Source: Eledone cirrhosa (Eukaryota). From it: 64,000 nt of DNA. Shown in pieces: positions 13,371 to 28,230 of the stretch. The position numbers were made by a program, and so were the translations under genes. The stretch lies in assembly GCA_964016885.1 (NCBI GenBank), contig OZ024741.1, forward strand, positions 179,056,001 through 179,120,000, given 5' to 3'. Numbering within the stretch: position 1 is the first letter of the stretch; each line of letters opens with the position of its first letter. The notes beneath the pieces are model-generated. The model saw nothing but the letters and a program-made list of their open reading frames with translations, did not search any database and was not told the DNA's origin.

Positions 13371-15444
13371 GATATATATTCTACACTCTATCTATCAATA
13401 TTGAGTGCTCATTCACTTGATGTTTGAATGCTTTAAATTCTAAGGTGTTTTAAATACATTCTAATAGACAGAAAGATAGATAGACAAACAGACAGAAAGA
13501 CAACTAAAGGGGTAGACAGATGTATATATAGTTAGATTAATTGATTGATTGATGTTAAAGCTAACTTGCTGATAGATTAGTTCATCTTTAAATTAAACTC
13601 AACACTTGAACCTAGATTCACTACTTCAGTTATCTGTCTATGACATGTACGATAGAATGTTATCGTGGCAGATGCAACGGCAGACATTTTTCTTTATTCT
13701 TTAGTATATTTCTTTGTTGCATTTTTAATAGATATAGCTACTCCAGTGCATTCTTTCCAGAGTTGCTTGGTTGAAACTAGAAAGGTACTGATGACAATGA
13801 TGGCTTGGCAGACAGACCTTTTCAGAAGGGGAAAAATTAGGTTGTTCCATTTTTCCCGCTGAAAAAGCCTTCCTGCCAAGACTCCTACCCAGGTTGTCAA
13901 CGAACAATAGTTTTTATTCGTTCACTTTTAATCGGTTTCTAAAACAATCAACACTTGGACATTCTAAATTCTATGAATGACTTTTTTTTTTTTTTTTTTT
14001 TTTTTTTGCTTTTCAAACAAGCAAATATTGGAAAATTGCCTAACTCTGCGTTTTGCGATTAGGAGGGTTGGCCGTTTTAATGTGATTATTTTCTGTTTTG
14101 ATTCTGTTAATTACTTTCTATGAAAGCATTACACATCACAAGGAAATATTTTCTTTTTTCTTAAAAAATGATTTTAAAAATCACAACTATTAGCACTGAA
14201 CTATGTCCTAACTATTGGTCACCATCATTAAACTACATCTTTTTTATTACAGTTGTCATCATTATCATCAGTTTCTCCGTGTTGAACTGTACAACATGGC
14301 TGACTTCTATTTCAACCGACGCGCTTAGTGTGTGTGTGTTTTTTTTTTTGTTTTTTTTTTTTTTTTGTTTTGTTTTGTTTTTTGTATTTTTGTCCTGTTT
14401 TTTTTTTATCTGGATGTTCCCATTGTTTGTTTGATATCAACTCCATTACTAAATTCATTACTGCGTTTCTCTAATTTAGTTTTTACAGGGTATTTTTAGG
14501 AAGGGTTGTATCTTTTTGTCGATTGCAAGTTCTCAGATACTAAATTTATATTTTAATCAATTAGATTATTGCTGCACTGTCTATGGAAAGGAAAATAGAG
14601 GAAATATATTCAAATTGACAGAATCGTTAGGGTGTCGAATAGAATATCTGGTGATTTTTGTTCTATCTCTCTGCGCTTTGATTTCAAATCCTGCCGAGGT
14701 CATCTTTACCTTTTACCATTTCGAGATCAATAAAATAAAGTACCAGTCCATGGCGATGAATTTGAGGGATGTTTGGAGGATCTGATGAGTTACTTTGTGA
14801 TATCTGTTCCACCACTTTGCGTTCAGGGTTCAAATTCCACCGATGAATAGGATTAATCACTTGGCCACAAAACCACAACTGATTGTGAAAGCTGCGAGTG
14901 ATGGAAGATAATTTTGACCGTATGCTACTACAATCGAACGATGATGATTATTTTAAAAGTTTGGTTCTTGTTTACACCTCTTCTGTCCTTTCGTTTGATC
15001 GGCTGAACGAAAACATTTCAACTCACTATTAATATAGATGGACTTTTATTCGAATCGATGAATGACATCGCCATAAGCCAGAGAAAACTGCATTAAATAA
15101 TTGGTTATACATTTTACTAGATGCAATATCTACTATATTCGCAGGCCACAAGATGGAATTGGGATGAAATAAAGATTTTACCCTACACTATTAATATCAG
15201 TTCTTCCTATGGACAGAAACATTGTTAAATGGCTAAAAGTTTTCTGTTTTAGAAAACTGTCAGCTGAAGTTCATAGTCAAACTTATTGAAACTTTCACAC
15301 ATACTGACAAAGGCTGAAATCTCACAAAGAAGTCTGTTTGAATTATCGGTTCTTGCTCTGCACCTGTCAGAGTAATAGTGATTTTCAGAGCTGTGTATTA
15401 ATCTGTACATTCTTTCGATTTCCACATACACTTCGCATTCATAA

Positions 15445-15630
15445 TACTTGTTTCTACTTTTGACACAAGGCCAGCAATTATCCCAGTGCATTACTAGGGA
15501 TTCATTTTATCTACCCCGTAAAGATGAAAGGCAAAGTTAACCTCCGCGGGATTTGAACTCAAACAGTAAAGGGCCGCAACTCTATGCTGCAAAGCATGGC
15601 GCCGACCCTCTACCGATACTGCCAATCCAT
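15445..15630 (-). mobile_element. Family 1 SINE
   Basis: Reverse complement of the family consensus, with A box and B box. Confidence 0.85.
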
Positions 15631-16959
15631 AATGCGAGGCTATTAGGATTTTAGCGGAGTTATTTTGTCATCGTATACTTTATTAGCCTTTACGTTAGTC
15701 TGTTGTGGTATTATTTGCCGAAAAATGCATGCTTTGCCAAGTCCGCTAATCAAACTTTTTGTCAAGACGTGTTCCGGTATAGAAGCGAAACATCAGCTCC
15801 GTATCGAAGATGGTTGTAATGCATTACTCTTCCATAAGTTGTAAGCGATCCTTGACCTTTTATGAGAGGGGCATACACCTCTTAAACTTGTGGATACTAC
15901 AGGTATGTACATCTTATATTTTCTTTAATGATTTGGTCAGAAGAGGAAAAGCCTCCACGACTGGTGATGGAAAGGGACGCCTGCTACAAATGCCTCCAGC
16001 AAACTGAACTTCACTAAGATACATAAGGGGTTAAACCGGGAAACATCAACTAACCAATAACGGATATAGTTTATCAGAGCATATATAGTTTATCAAACGG
16101 GCTCTGTACACTTTCTCCGTCTACCAAATTTCACTCAAAAGGCTTTGGTCACCAAGAAGCTATGATAAAAACCTATTTGATTAATGTGCGGTGCAGTCGA
16201 ATCGAACCCCAAAAAAACATCATTGTGAAATGAAATTATTTACGGAGCAAACATGCCATGCTTATTAATACAGATTATATGTAGTAGGAATGGAAATATT
16301 TGCAATGGATTCCAGCTTCAAGGTTTACTTGCTGGTGAACTTGTATACATAGCCGTGCTGTCTATTTCTAGATTAATTTTCTTTTTTTCATCTAATGCTA
16401 GGCATTTGTTTGAGTATTTTTATCCATCAAAATGTTTAAAACCCGGCACAAAGAGATTTATTTTCATCTGATTGTTTGATAATATTATTTCAGATGAAAG
16501 TAAGAAATCGATATTACGCAAGGAATCAATAATATTTCAGATAAATGTATGTTATCCCTTTAAGAGCGCAACTATTGCTGTTCACTTCAGTTTTACTCCC
16601 TCTTCTATATTTCTCATCTTCTCGTCATAGATATTGTTCTTTACTTTTACTTGTCCTGGAGTTATAGAATTCAATTGGTATGTCTACATTGGAATTATGT
16701 GTATCTATACCTTTATTCTGGGTTAAAAGATCCACGAATCTAAAAGGAATTGTTTTGTTCTCTGTCTTCTTTTTAAAACGTTCGTATTACTTGTTCTTTC
16801 GTAGATATGAGACTTAATTTGAAAGTAATTTATCTGAATATATTAACTGAATCTTTCAGCATCTTTATAAAAGAAAAGTACGGCAATCAGGCTTAGGTGG
16901 TAAATGTGTTATCTCTGTTAAAATTCTACTTTATAAAAGAAATACAGAGAGTTTATTAA

Positions 16960-17077
16960 TAATTGTTTCTACTTTTTGGCACAAGGCCAGCAAGTACCCA
17001 GTACATTACTGGTACTTTATTTTATCGACCCCGTAAGGATGAAAGGCAAAGTTAACCTCAGCGGGATTTGAACTCAG
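16960..17077 (-). mobile_element. Family 1 SINE, 5'-truncated
   Basis: B box to tail only. Confidence 0.85.
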
Positions 17078-17499
17078 TAATAATGATAATGTAATAATGA
17101 TAATGTAATAATAATAACGGCAATAACGGCAATAATAAAAAAAAGAAAGAGAAACAAAAGAAAAAATAGGGAAATATAGAGAAAAAAGAGAAAAAGAAAC
17201 AAAAGATAACGGGAAGGGGAGGGGTGGCAATAACTCAGGTGTCGCACAAGAGAAGGGAATGGGGAGGGGATTAGGCTTTGGGCCTAGGACTAGGGGAAGA
17301 AGTGCTGTGCCCGCGGACAAGCATTCCCGCGGTAACTTTAATGCATAAAATTTCGGTGACACGATGTATTCGTTGCGTTTCTGTTTAGTTATGGTTGAAT
17401 AGCAAAATGTTCTTATATTCATACAATGCCACCAGGAATTTTTAGAAAGAGGGTATGGTTGATTCAAATATTTGACCCTGGTAGAATAAAAACTAACGT

Positions 17500-17900
17500 A
17501 ATTCCTGGCGGACAGAATCTCATTCGGTTATTAACGGACAGTTTCTATTTCTAGATAAGGCTTAATCCACCATAACAATGATCAAAGGTATTCGACTGAT
17601 GATGATGTTACTTTTCCTATATACAAGGAACCACATTAATTTATATGTATGTGACCACATATTCTTATGCCCTAGGATTGTATTATTCAACGTGGTCTTA
17701 GCAGGGTGTGATTTGTTTTAATCATCTTTCCTATATATGAAGGAATGGATATGGTTGATGTATCGTTGTTTAAATTTATCTCTCCTCCCACTACCATTTA
17801 TATATTTATATATGATTAAAGTGTAATTGGTCGATAGTTGGCAGGATTTCAGAAATTAGGTTTGCTGATGATGATGCTTCCGTTTTTTTTAATGCTTCTC
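17500..17900 (-). mobile_element. Very decayed Hydra-type PLE GIY-YIG fragment
   Basis: Minus strand ~17740-17778 translates as KFKQRYINHIHSF, like FKTRFNSHISNF in the element at 51685-52758. Confidence 0.45.
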
Positions 17901-19612
17901 TAAGTAGCTACGATCAACTTTCCTGAAGCAAATGTATAATACTTTAAACAAGAACAGTAAGTATGTTTGAAATTCATTGCATCTTTGACTGAAGAGCAGA
18001 GTTTCTCGATATATCCAAGATTCCTAAGCAATCTTATAGCGTTTTAAGTTTAAAGTAAGTTGTGATAATCACACCCTTGACAAAAATCTAAATAGTTTGT
18101 ATAAAATATCATATAAACTTTCATTCGGCGACGTTTGTGAATGTCTATGCATGTTTACAAAAGAAACAAACAATTTTTATTTCCAATCTCTTTGTTCTGC
18201 ATTGAATCCATGGACTACAACCTCTATTGATTTATATATCAAGAAACATCATTCTTGTATAAAATTCTGGATTCAAACTCAACATGTCAAAACCAGTTAT
18301 GTTAAATCTGTAGTATTTAGTTAAGAAAGTGTAATGATATATGTGATGCAGCGTGGCTTATGAACTCTCTGTTCTGTAGCGTTAGACGTAAAATGTTGTA
18401 AACAATGTAAATAAAACTTGCTTTACATTTCATTAGATATGCAAAATTGTTGGTTCTATTCAGATGTGCCTTAGTAATAGATGAGAAAATACATAAGAAT
18501 TGCGATTTTATATTTATATTATGTAGCGAAAGAAATCTTTATTAGATTTTCTTATATTGTTATTTTAGAATTTTTATTTTGCTTTGTTTTCTTTTCTATA
18601 TTTTAAGACTTTTTCTACGGTTAAAGTTATTTAATATATTTGTCTATACAATAGTTTATAATATAAAAGGTAAAAAATAAATAAATTTTCAATAAAACTT
18701 GAAAACGGAACTTGTCATTGCAGCATCTAACAATATCTATTATACAGCTGGAATTATTTGTTCTTGATGCCAATATCAATAGAGATGCCGTAGATTGTTC
18801 AACTCTGATTGTTTTGTATAATAAAATTTAAGACGGCGAATTGACGGTGTTGCGTGAAGGCGGTGAAGTAGCAATGTCCCTAGAACGTCAAACAGTTGCG
18901 TGTTCCATTCCAGCTTTCTGCACCCTGAGTTCAAATCTCACCGAGATCAACTTCGCATTTTATCTTCCCGCGGTCGATAAATAAAGTACCAGTACAATAG
19001 TTGATTCAAATTTTCCTCTTTCACTCTCTCACTCTCTTTCTGGAAAAAAATCAACTATATTTGTACTTAAAGAGGTACGGGCTCCACCCGATTTAAATGT
19101 ATGTCATGGTATCGCCTCAACGGCTCCATTAGGATGGACAGATGGATGAGAAATTTAGTAGTCTTCAATTATGATCTTCCAGGATCATTGATGGTGCCTG
19201 TAAAATTAAATTTTATGGTAGGGAGTGTAGTCAGATAGATGCATACCGATCCTGAGTATACAGAATATTTTTTTAACCAATTTCATTATTGTGCTTTTTA
19301 AGTGGTATTCATAGGATATTTTATGAATGTTTTTAGCGAGAGTTAGAATTATGTGGAAAATCAATAAGTCCCATTACGAAGAAAAAACTAATTTTCCGAG
19401 TGCCCTGAAGATGAGAAAATGGATATTGGATCTATCCATATCAGATAAATTTTATAGCTCTTTTCTAAATCGTGTTATTATATTTTTGTATATATTCTTT
19501 AGTTTAGTTTCTGAGTTTTTCAAACGATTCAAAAGATTCATATATAAGACTTAAAGTTCGGAATATGCAAGTCCATTAAAATATTGATCATAGACTGAAT
19601 TTTATTTAGTTC

Positions 19613-19645
<33 letters not shown>

Positions 19646-19651
19646 ACACTT

Positions 19652-19683
<32 letters not shown>

Positions 19684-19689
19684 ACACTT

Positions 19690-19762
<73 letters not shown>

Positions 19763-19809
19763 CACTTTGTATATATATATATAACACTTTGTATATATAT
19801 ATATATATA

Positions 19810-20395
19810 CAAAGTGTTTCAACGATCAAATTTTAGTTTAGAACATTTATTTGCTGACAATTGTTTCTTCCAGAGGGAGGTCTGGATCCATCGGAGCATA
19901 TGGAATGTCGAAACATGTTACTAAAATCCTAGTCATTTAGAACATTTAGGGTACATAATTGTTGTTAGTGTCAAAGATAACATTTTGCCTATTTTTTGCC
20001 TGTATATTCTTTTGCTTGTGCTTCTCACTTATACATCTTACACTTTCAACCAGTGCTGCCTGTAATTGTGTTCTTTCAAGCAGATCAACTTTTTAACTCC
20101 TGACTCTCCACATGTTACCTATGACACTAACAACAATTATGTACCCTAAATGTTCTAAATGACTAGGATTTTAGTAATATGTTTCGACATTCCTTATGCT
20201 CCGATGATTCAGACTTTCCTCTGGAAGAAACAATTGACAGCAAATAAATGTTCTAAACTAAAACTTGATCGTTTTAACACTTTGTATCTCGGCTCTGTAA
20301 AACACTTGAAAATTTACATTGAGCCTTTTGTCATACCGGTAACCGGCTAGTACTTAGTACTACCCTCCATATTTATAGTTGTATCAAACATATAT
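19810..20395. mobile_element. Tail-out inverted pLTR cassette with a variant hammerhead in each arm
   Basis: 19810-19975 is the reverse complement of ~20122-20286. Hammerhead-like motifs at 19849-19901 (-) and 20194-20246 (+): UAUGCU-CCGAUG(A/G)-stem II-GAAA-CAAUUG-(U/A)C-AGCA. Confidence 0.75.
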
Positions 20396-20436
20396 AAATA
20401 TTCTTATTACTATATATATATACATATATATATATA

Positions 20437-21240
<804 letters not shown>

Positions 21241-21463
21241 AAGATAGAGAAAGGGGGATAAAAAAAGAATCGGCCCCCTGTACTGGACTGGTAAGTAATT
21301 ATTGTCCTCGAATGAATGAACGGAAAATTTGAGCTCGGCAAGATTTGAACTCAAAGCACGTTGAGCCGGAATAAATATCGAAACGTTTTTAACAACTCTG
21401 CCAATCCTTCGCCTTATCAAACAATGTGCCAGAGTAATATGTATGTATGTATGTATTAATGTA

Positions 21464-21495
<32 letters not shown>

Positions 21496-21823
21496 TGTGT
21501 GTGTGCGTGCGTGCGTGTGTGTGGGGGGGGGGAGTAGTGGACGTGAGAATTATCGAACAATGTGCTAGAGTTATTGTTTTACATTGATTGAAAATATCAT
21601 CGTAATAATCGATTTTTTTTTTAATAAGACAAAAAAAAAACAGAAAATATTCAAAAACCCAGGTAAAAATATAATAAAAAGCTAATTATATTTCCTCATC
21701 ATTCCTACTCCTACTTTTATTTTCTTGTTCTCTTTCTTTTCTTTTTTTTACTTTGAATTATTATGAATGTGTTTATTCCTCCTCCTCCTCCTCCTGTAAA
21801 AGATGGATGCATATATAGATTCA

Positions 21824-21889
<66 letters not shown>

Positions 21890-22189
21890 CAACAATGATA
21901 GCAATAATAATAATTCTTTAATAATAAGACTCATTTTGAAATGCCAATCGTTGAGGTAGCATAACAAGCCATTGAATATGACACTTGCGAGCTAAAAGGA
22001 AGAAATCAGCTAATCTTGACGACAATACATGCAAAGGCCGGGAATTAGTTGACGATGACATTATCAGAGGTGGTTTAGTCCTTCCTTCAGATTCCCATAG
22101 AGAGAGCGTCTGTATTATTTATGGAGCGACAGCTTCCTCCACTTTCTCCATTATATATTTCCAAAGCAGATGATAATTTCTATGGTTGT

Positions 22190-22245
22190 TATCTCTCTCT
22201 CGCTCTCTTTCTCTCTCTCTCTCTCTCTCTATTTCTCTCTCTATT

Positions 22246-22296
<51 letters not shown>

Positions 22297-22448
22297 TTCT
22301 TTCTCTCTCTCTCACTTTCTCTTTCTCTCTCTCTCTTTCTATCTTACTTTCTCTCTTTCTGTCTCTATATATATATACATACCACTTTCACTTTCTCTTT
22401 TCTCTCTCTTTTTCCCTCATATATTATTTCTGTTTCTCTCTTTTGTTG

Positions 22449-22546
<98 letters not shown>

Positions 22547-22664
22547 ACGCGCACATTTTTATTTAGTAATAAAAAAGGAAAATCCTAATTATTTCTCTCC
22601 CTCTCTCTCTCTCTCTTTTCTCCCTTCTCTTATCTCTCACTTCGTCTCTCTCTCTCACTCTCTT

Positions 22665-22699
<35 letters not shown>

Positions 22700-22960
22700 G
22701 TGTGTGTGTTTGTGTGTATGTGTGTGTGTATGTATATATATACTTCTTACTTCCTCAATCACATTTCTTCAGTAATCGAAAAAAGACAGGGTAAAAATCA
22801 TCTATTTCTCTCTAATATTCTCCTCCTTTTCCTCTTTCTCTCCCTCTCTCTCTCTCTTTCTCTCTCTCTCTATCTATCTATCTATCTCTTTCTCTCTCTC
22901 TTTTTCCCTCTCTTTTTCTCTTTCTCTCTCCCTCTCTCTCTGTCTCTCTCTCTCTCACAT
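22190..22960. repeat. Compound (CT)n microsatellite region
   Basis: Direct observation. Confidence 0.9.
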
Positions 22961-23566
22961 ACAAACACACTTACACATGCGTACATAAATGCACACATGC
23001 ACACAAGTATGCATACACACACACATACACATACTTATATACATATGGGTTTCCTTAGTAATAAAAAGAAGAGAGAAGAATTCGTCTATTCTATTGGTTC
23101 TGTATTATAATTGTGAATTTGAAAAGCAATTCTTGATTTAATCTGCCATAGCCCTGCAACTTCAACATGATGTCGAAGGAAAATAGAAATGACAGGGACA
23201 TTATTATTATTTCATTTAAAACAAACATAAAACAAAACACTTGTTCGTCATTTGAAATTACAAAAGAGTAAAGATAGATGAAAAGACGTTTATTCTATAC
23301 ATTTACATTTAATATATATGCATAATCAAGCACGTACATATGCATGCATATATATATCCATGTATTTCTGTATGTATGTATATGTTTGTATGTATGTATT
23401 TATTTAAGTATGTGTGCGTATGCATTCATGAATGTATTTATGTATATATATATATAAAGTAAACATTATCATTTTATACAACCATGGCTGTTTATGTGTG
23501 TGCGTATGCATGTGATTATGCACACATATAATCGTACATATAATGTATACACATGTGTATATATAT

Positions 23567-23644
<78 letters not shown>

Positions 23645-23646
<2 letters not shown>

Positions 23647-23895
23647 TCTATTCTATTCTAAGGCGGATAAAATTCCCGAGATCCATGGACGAGTTCTCAC
23701 CAGCGGTCTCTGTCCCTCATTATCGCTGCCATGTCCTGCGTCTCCAACAGACCAGTGTGTGTCCTTAGGGCATCAACATACGTTAACCTTGGTCCTCCTC
23801 TTCTAGTGTGTCCATGTAGGGGCTCCCACAGGAGCACTGAGTGCAATGTCAACTCTGGATGTCGGTGAGCATGTCCAACTAACCTCAGTCTCCTT

Positions 23896-23897
<2 letters not shown>
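23645..23897 (-). mobile_element. Second, shorter copy of the RTE 3' end at 20940-21180
   Basis: Near-identical reverse complement, between two (TA)n runs. Confidence 0.9.
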
Positions 23898-23941
<44 letters not shown>

Positions 23942-24387
23942 AATTCTAGTACAACATCAACGAAGCTTTTGGCTGCGGCCAAGCTAACGAATGCAGATTC
24001 AGAATGCAGCTTAGCACTCGATGGAGAATATTACCCCAGAGTTATAACAATACGTTTAGACAGCTTTGCAAATCAAATATAACGACCGACAGTCTGGCTG
24101 CATTGCCATAGCAACGAAAAAAACTGAACTCAGGAAAAGATTTTGACTGACCTGGACCATCACATGGACATCGAATGCAACACATAACGCATAACGTATA
24201 TCATACAATATACATCACATATAACATACAACATCCACGCTAGGTTTCTGTAAATCCGAGATCGACAAATTCCGCTTGCGGGGGTCTGCAAGTTAATAGC
24301 CTTTGACGACAGAACAAAGGATTTACTTCGTCAACAAGTCTTGCGTTCTATAGCCTCGACGGGTGTATTTTCTAGCAGTGTTTTTCG

Positions 24388-24429
<42 letters not shown>

Positions 24430-24743
24430 TTAAAAAACAGGTGAGAGAAATACAAGAAACAGAAAACTCGCAAGAGACACGCACTTAGACAATTACTGCT
24501 CATCGGCTGTCTTCTGTGGCTAGGAACTGTAGTAGGAATGAATGAAGAAATTAAATTAATAGTCCTAGAACTAGTATTAATAGGCAAGAGACATGGTGAA
24601 AATGAACTAACCAGCCTGGTGGTCAAATCGCAAAAGAATGAGAAAATGTTTTGAAAGGAAGTGGTGGATAGGGCAGTATTAAGAACTGAGAGAGAAGGAG
24701 AAAAAAAATAGATACATGGATATAGAAGGAAAAATATATATAT

Positions 24744-24812
<69 letters not shown>

Positions 24813-24896
24813 CAACAGTGACATAAACAGGTACTCAAGTTTCGGTGGGTTCTGGGCCCCAATTTCTTCAGCCTGTCATGAGAAAAATACAAATCA

Positions 24897-24950
<54 letters not shown>

Positions 24951-24962
24951 TTACGCTCATAA

Positions 24963-25024
<62 letters not shown>

Positions 25025-25025
<1 letters not shown>

Positions 25026-25931
25026 TATTTCTTTTATTTGCCACTAGGGCATCAAAAGTGGGACAAGTACAAAGGGGGGAGTTTACACAAAAAGGCGTCC
25101 TCAATAAGGAGGAGGCAATAACAAAATATAAAAATAAAATAAGATATAACAAAAAATAAAATTTTTAACAAAATCCTCAATAGAGAGGAGGCGCCTTGGG
25201 GGGTCGCACACACCCCCGAAAAAAGTGTGCAACACTTCTCCTCAGGAGCACAGAGAAGGGGTGCTCCCTTGGTCTTTCATCTTCCTCACCTATAGTCTGA
25301 TGTAGAGTGAAGGCCCATTCACACGGGCCATTCTCGCCACTTTCACCCATCTTTCATAGAAACGGCTGGGGTGCAGCACCTCTCTCTCCATCCTGATCCT
25401 TCTTCCGAAATGATATCGGAAGAAACGGACCAGTTGTTGGCCAGAGAGAAAGGTGCCCGACCTCAGTCCTTTCAGACGCGTCCACCATACAACCTCTTTC
25501 GCCATGGCTATTACGCACAGAAACACCGCCTCTGCTTCATCTTTGAAGGGGGGAGGCGGCTTGATCATTACAATAGACTCGGTGGTCAACCGGATCGGTC
25601 CCACCCTTGACAGCAGTTGTTCGACATAGCCCCACAGATCGGCTACGCCCGAGCAGTGTACTAATGCGTGTGCAACGGTTTCCTCGTCGCACACGCATCT
25701 GGGACAGATCTTTTTGGCGGGGTCCCTACCCGGGCGCCCGTGTCTGTAGAGCCTTTCTCGAACGGGTAAAGCCCCTCGGTAGCACTGCCAGGCCAGGGAC
25801 TTCTGGAAGTTGTCCATAGGTCCCGGGCTGAATGTCCTACCGAACAGGCTGGCCAGTTCGTCCTCCTCCATGTCTAGGGCTTCTCCGAGGGCGTCGTCGC
25901 ACCTGCTGCGTACCAGCCCTCTATAGAATGT

Positions 25932-25933
<2 letters not shown>
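25025..25933 (-). mobile_element. Tx1/L1-group LINE 3' fragment (C-terminal zinc-binding domain) within (GATA)n
   Basis: ORF 25290-25930: W..YRGALPV..RL...CPRC...EETVAHALVHC...LW (zf-RVT-like). (GATA)n on both sides. Confidence 0.85.
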
Positions 25934-25995
<62 letters not shown>

Positions 25996-26247
25996 CGTCC
26001 GTCTGTCTTCATGCTTCTACCATGTTTGCATATGTTGCGGCCCTGTTATTGTTGGCAGGGTCAATATGATTGGTGTAGATTTAAACACCATCGGCCTGGT
26101 TCTTATTTTTGTTCCTTCCATCGTATGTACTATATGTGTATATTTAACATTGTGCTGTACTTTGAGGATTGCTTCCATTATTGATCGTCTATTCTTGTGT
26201 GAAATTCTGTAGAATGTAATTTTGTTGTCTACTAATATTTACATTTC

Positions 26248-26377
<130 letters not shown>

Positions 26378-26381
26378 GTGC

Positions 26382-26454
<73 letters not shown>

Positions 26455-26458
<4 letters not shown>

Positions 26459-26712
26459 AATTCATTCGTGCTGCAAAGTACATAACTATATCATACATGT
26501 ATTACCAATGTAAATGTTAAAGTAGTCAAGTTTACAACTTTCATGTCTGCAATCGAATATAGTTTGTTCACGGGTCTACATGGTTTTGGTTTGTTATTGT
26601 TGAGAAGGTTTTTAATTTTATTGTTTTGTAATATATTTCTTGAATTAATTTATTTATCGCTTATATCCTGGAACCACTGTATTTATTCTAAATAGAATAT
26701 TGGTCAAACATT
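26455..26712 (+). repeat. Left arm of ~260 bp long-range inverted repeat
   Basis: Reverse complement of 29975-30218, e.g. TTTACAACTTTCATGTCTGCAATCGAATATAGTTTGTTCACGGGTCTACATGG. Confidence 0.85.
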
Positions 26713-28129
26713 ATGAAATATAAAGTCTAAACGATTTAATAAGTTTATCCTTTGAATATCAAAACAGTCATTATTATAAATGTTGTCTTTTATGCATCAC
26801 ACTTGATTCATCTTTCCATCTTATTCGTTATTGTGTGAAATTTTGTGGATTTCGTGAGTCGAAGTTTATAAAATAATATCTACAAGTTAAAGATCAAGGT
26901 TATAAACGAATATTGATATTTAAACTTTGAAAATAAGATTTCTATGCTATGAGAACTGCTTTACTTTTTTTTGGGGGGGGGGGAACGACCGCATACTATG
27001 ATGTATGTCTGTAAATGATAAACTATACTAGAATATATGCCAGATATAAGAAAATATTAGACAATAAATAATGAAATAGAAAATATATTAGGATGTACTA
27101 ATAAAAATGTATAAAGATATAAAGTGCGATAAAAATGTATGTGATTAGAATAAAAATATTAGTCAAAGTATTTGAAATAAGTTGAAACATATTTCCCAAA
27201 GTAAATGAAATAATTTGAAAGATATTTCCCAAAGCAGTTGAAATAAGTTAAAAAATGAATTATATTATATACGTAATTTAAAATGTTCAACCAGAAAACT
27301 ATAAATATAATTTTCGCAAATGCACTTCTTTTTAAATAAAAACCAAATATACAACTTATCTAATGCCAACCAAAGTTACACGAGATGCCCACCATAACGT
27401 CTGTAACAGTTCATACATAGCAAGCGAATTTCTGTGATTCATCTATTATTCTGATAGTTTCATGTAACAATATCTAAAGCTATGATGTTTGGGGACCTTA
27501 GAAGCTAGTCAGGCTTTGTTTCTGATATCATTGTTGATCAAACATATTTCCGTCTTTGTATATATTTTTATATCGGAATACGAAAGTATGTTGCTAGTTA
27601 GTGTGCATGCAATGTCGTAAATATGGTATTTTCTAAACGTCTCCATTTTTTTATATATATAAGACCAACGAAATACTTATGCTACTCAGTCAGTGTGCTT
27701 TACTGTTCCTTACCATTAGTTTCAAATGGAATTCTTCAAGGTATAAATGGCTATGCAGAGGGTGGCAATGCAACTGTATTATTTTGTTGTCACATAATGT
27801 CTATACGAGTTTGTAGTGTTTTCGCGTTATGAATGTAGTTTTAGCTTTAAAATGTAACTGAGTGATTTACTATACAGCGGCCACATAGAATTGAGATTAC
27901 AAAATATCGGGTAGTAGATAAACTAAAAGCTGTCTAATTTGAAAGTCGATACCCATTAAAATCTCATCCAGGGTTATTAATGCGAGTCCATATTGTTTGC
28001 ACATCGCAAATGCCGCTTTCATTTTTCATATACATTGATATATACATTTCGAAACACATACTCACAAATTATATGTGTGAGTATGTGTGGTAGTTTGTGT
28101 ATCTTTATGTTATGTGTGTATGCATGCAT

Positions 28130-28131
28130 AA

Positions 28132-28215
<84 letters not shown>

Positions 28216-28230
28216 AAAAAAGAAAGAAAG
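28130..28230. repeat. (GAAA)n microsatellite
   Basis: Direct observation. Confidence 0.95.

Noticed and set aside
14778-14810. CTGATGAG as a hammerhead core (likewise 2736 and 45798)
   Set aside because: No correctly placed GAAA or stem III.
17980-18022. Possible decayed hammerheads at 17989 and 19405 (CUGAAGA...GAUA)
   Set aside because: GAAA is replaced by GATA and the stems are weak; too degenerate to call.
19644-19822. CRISPR-like repeat/spacer pattern
   Set aside because: The repeats are 9 nt with (TA)n spacers in eukaryotic DNA, and there are no cas genes.
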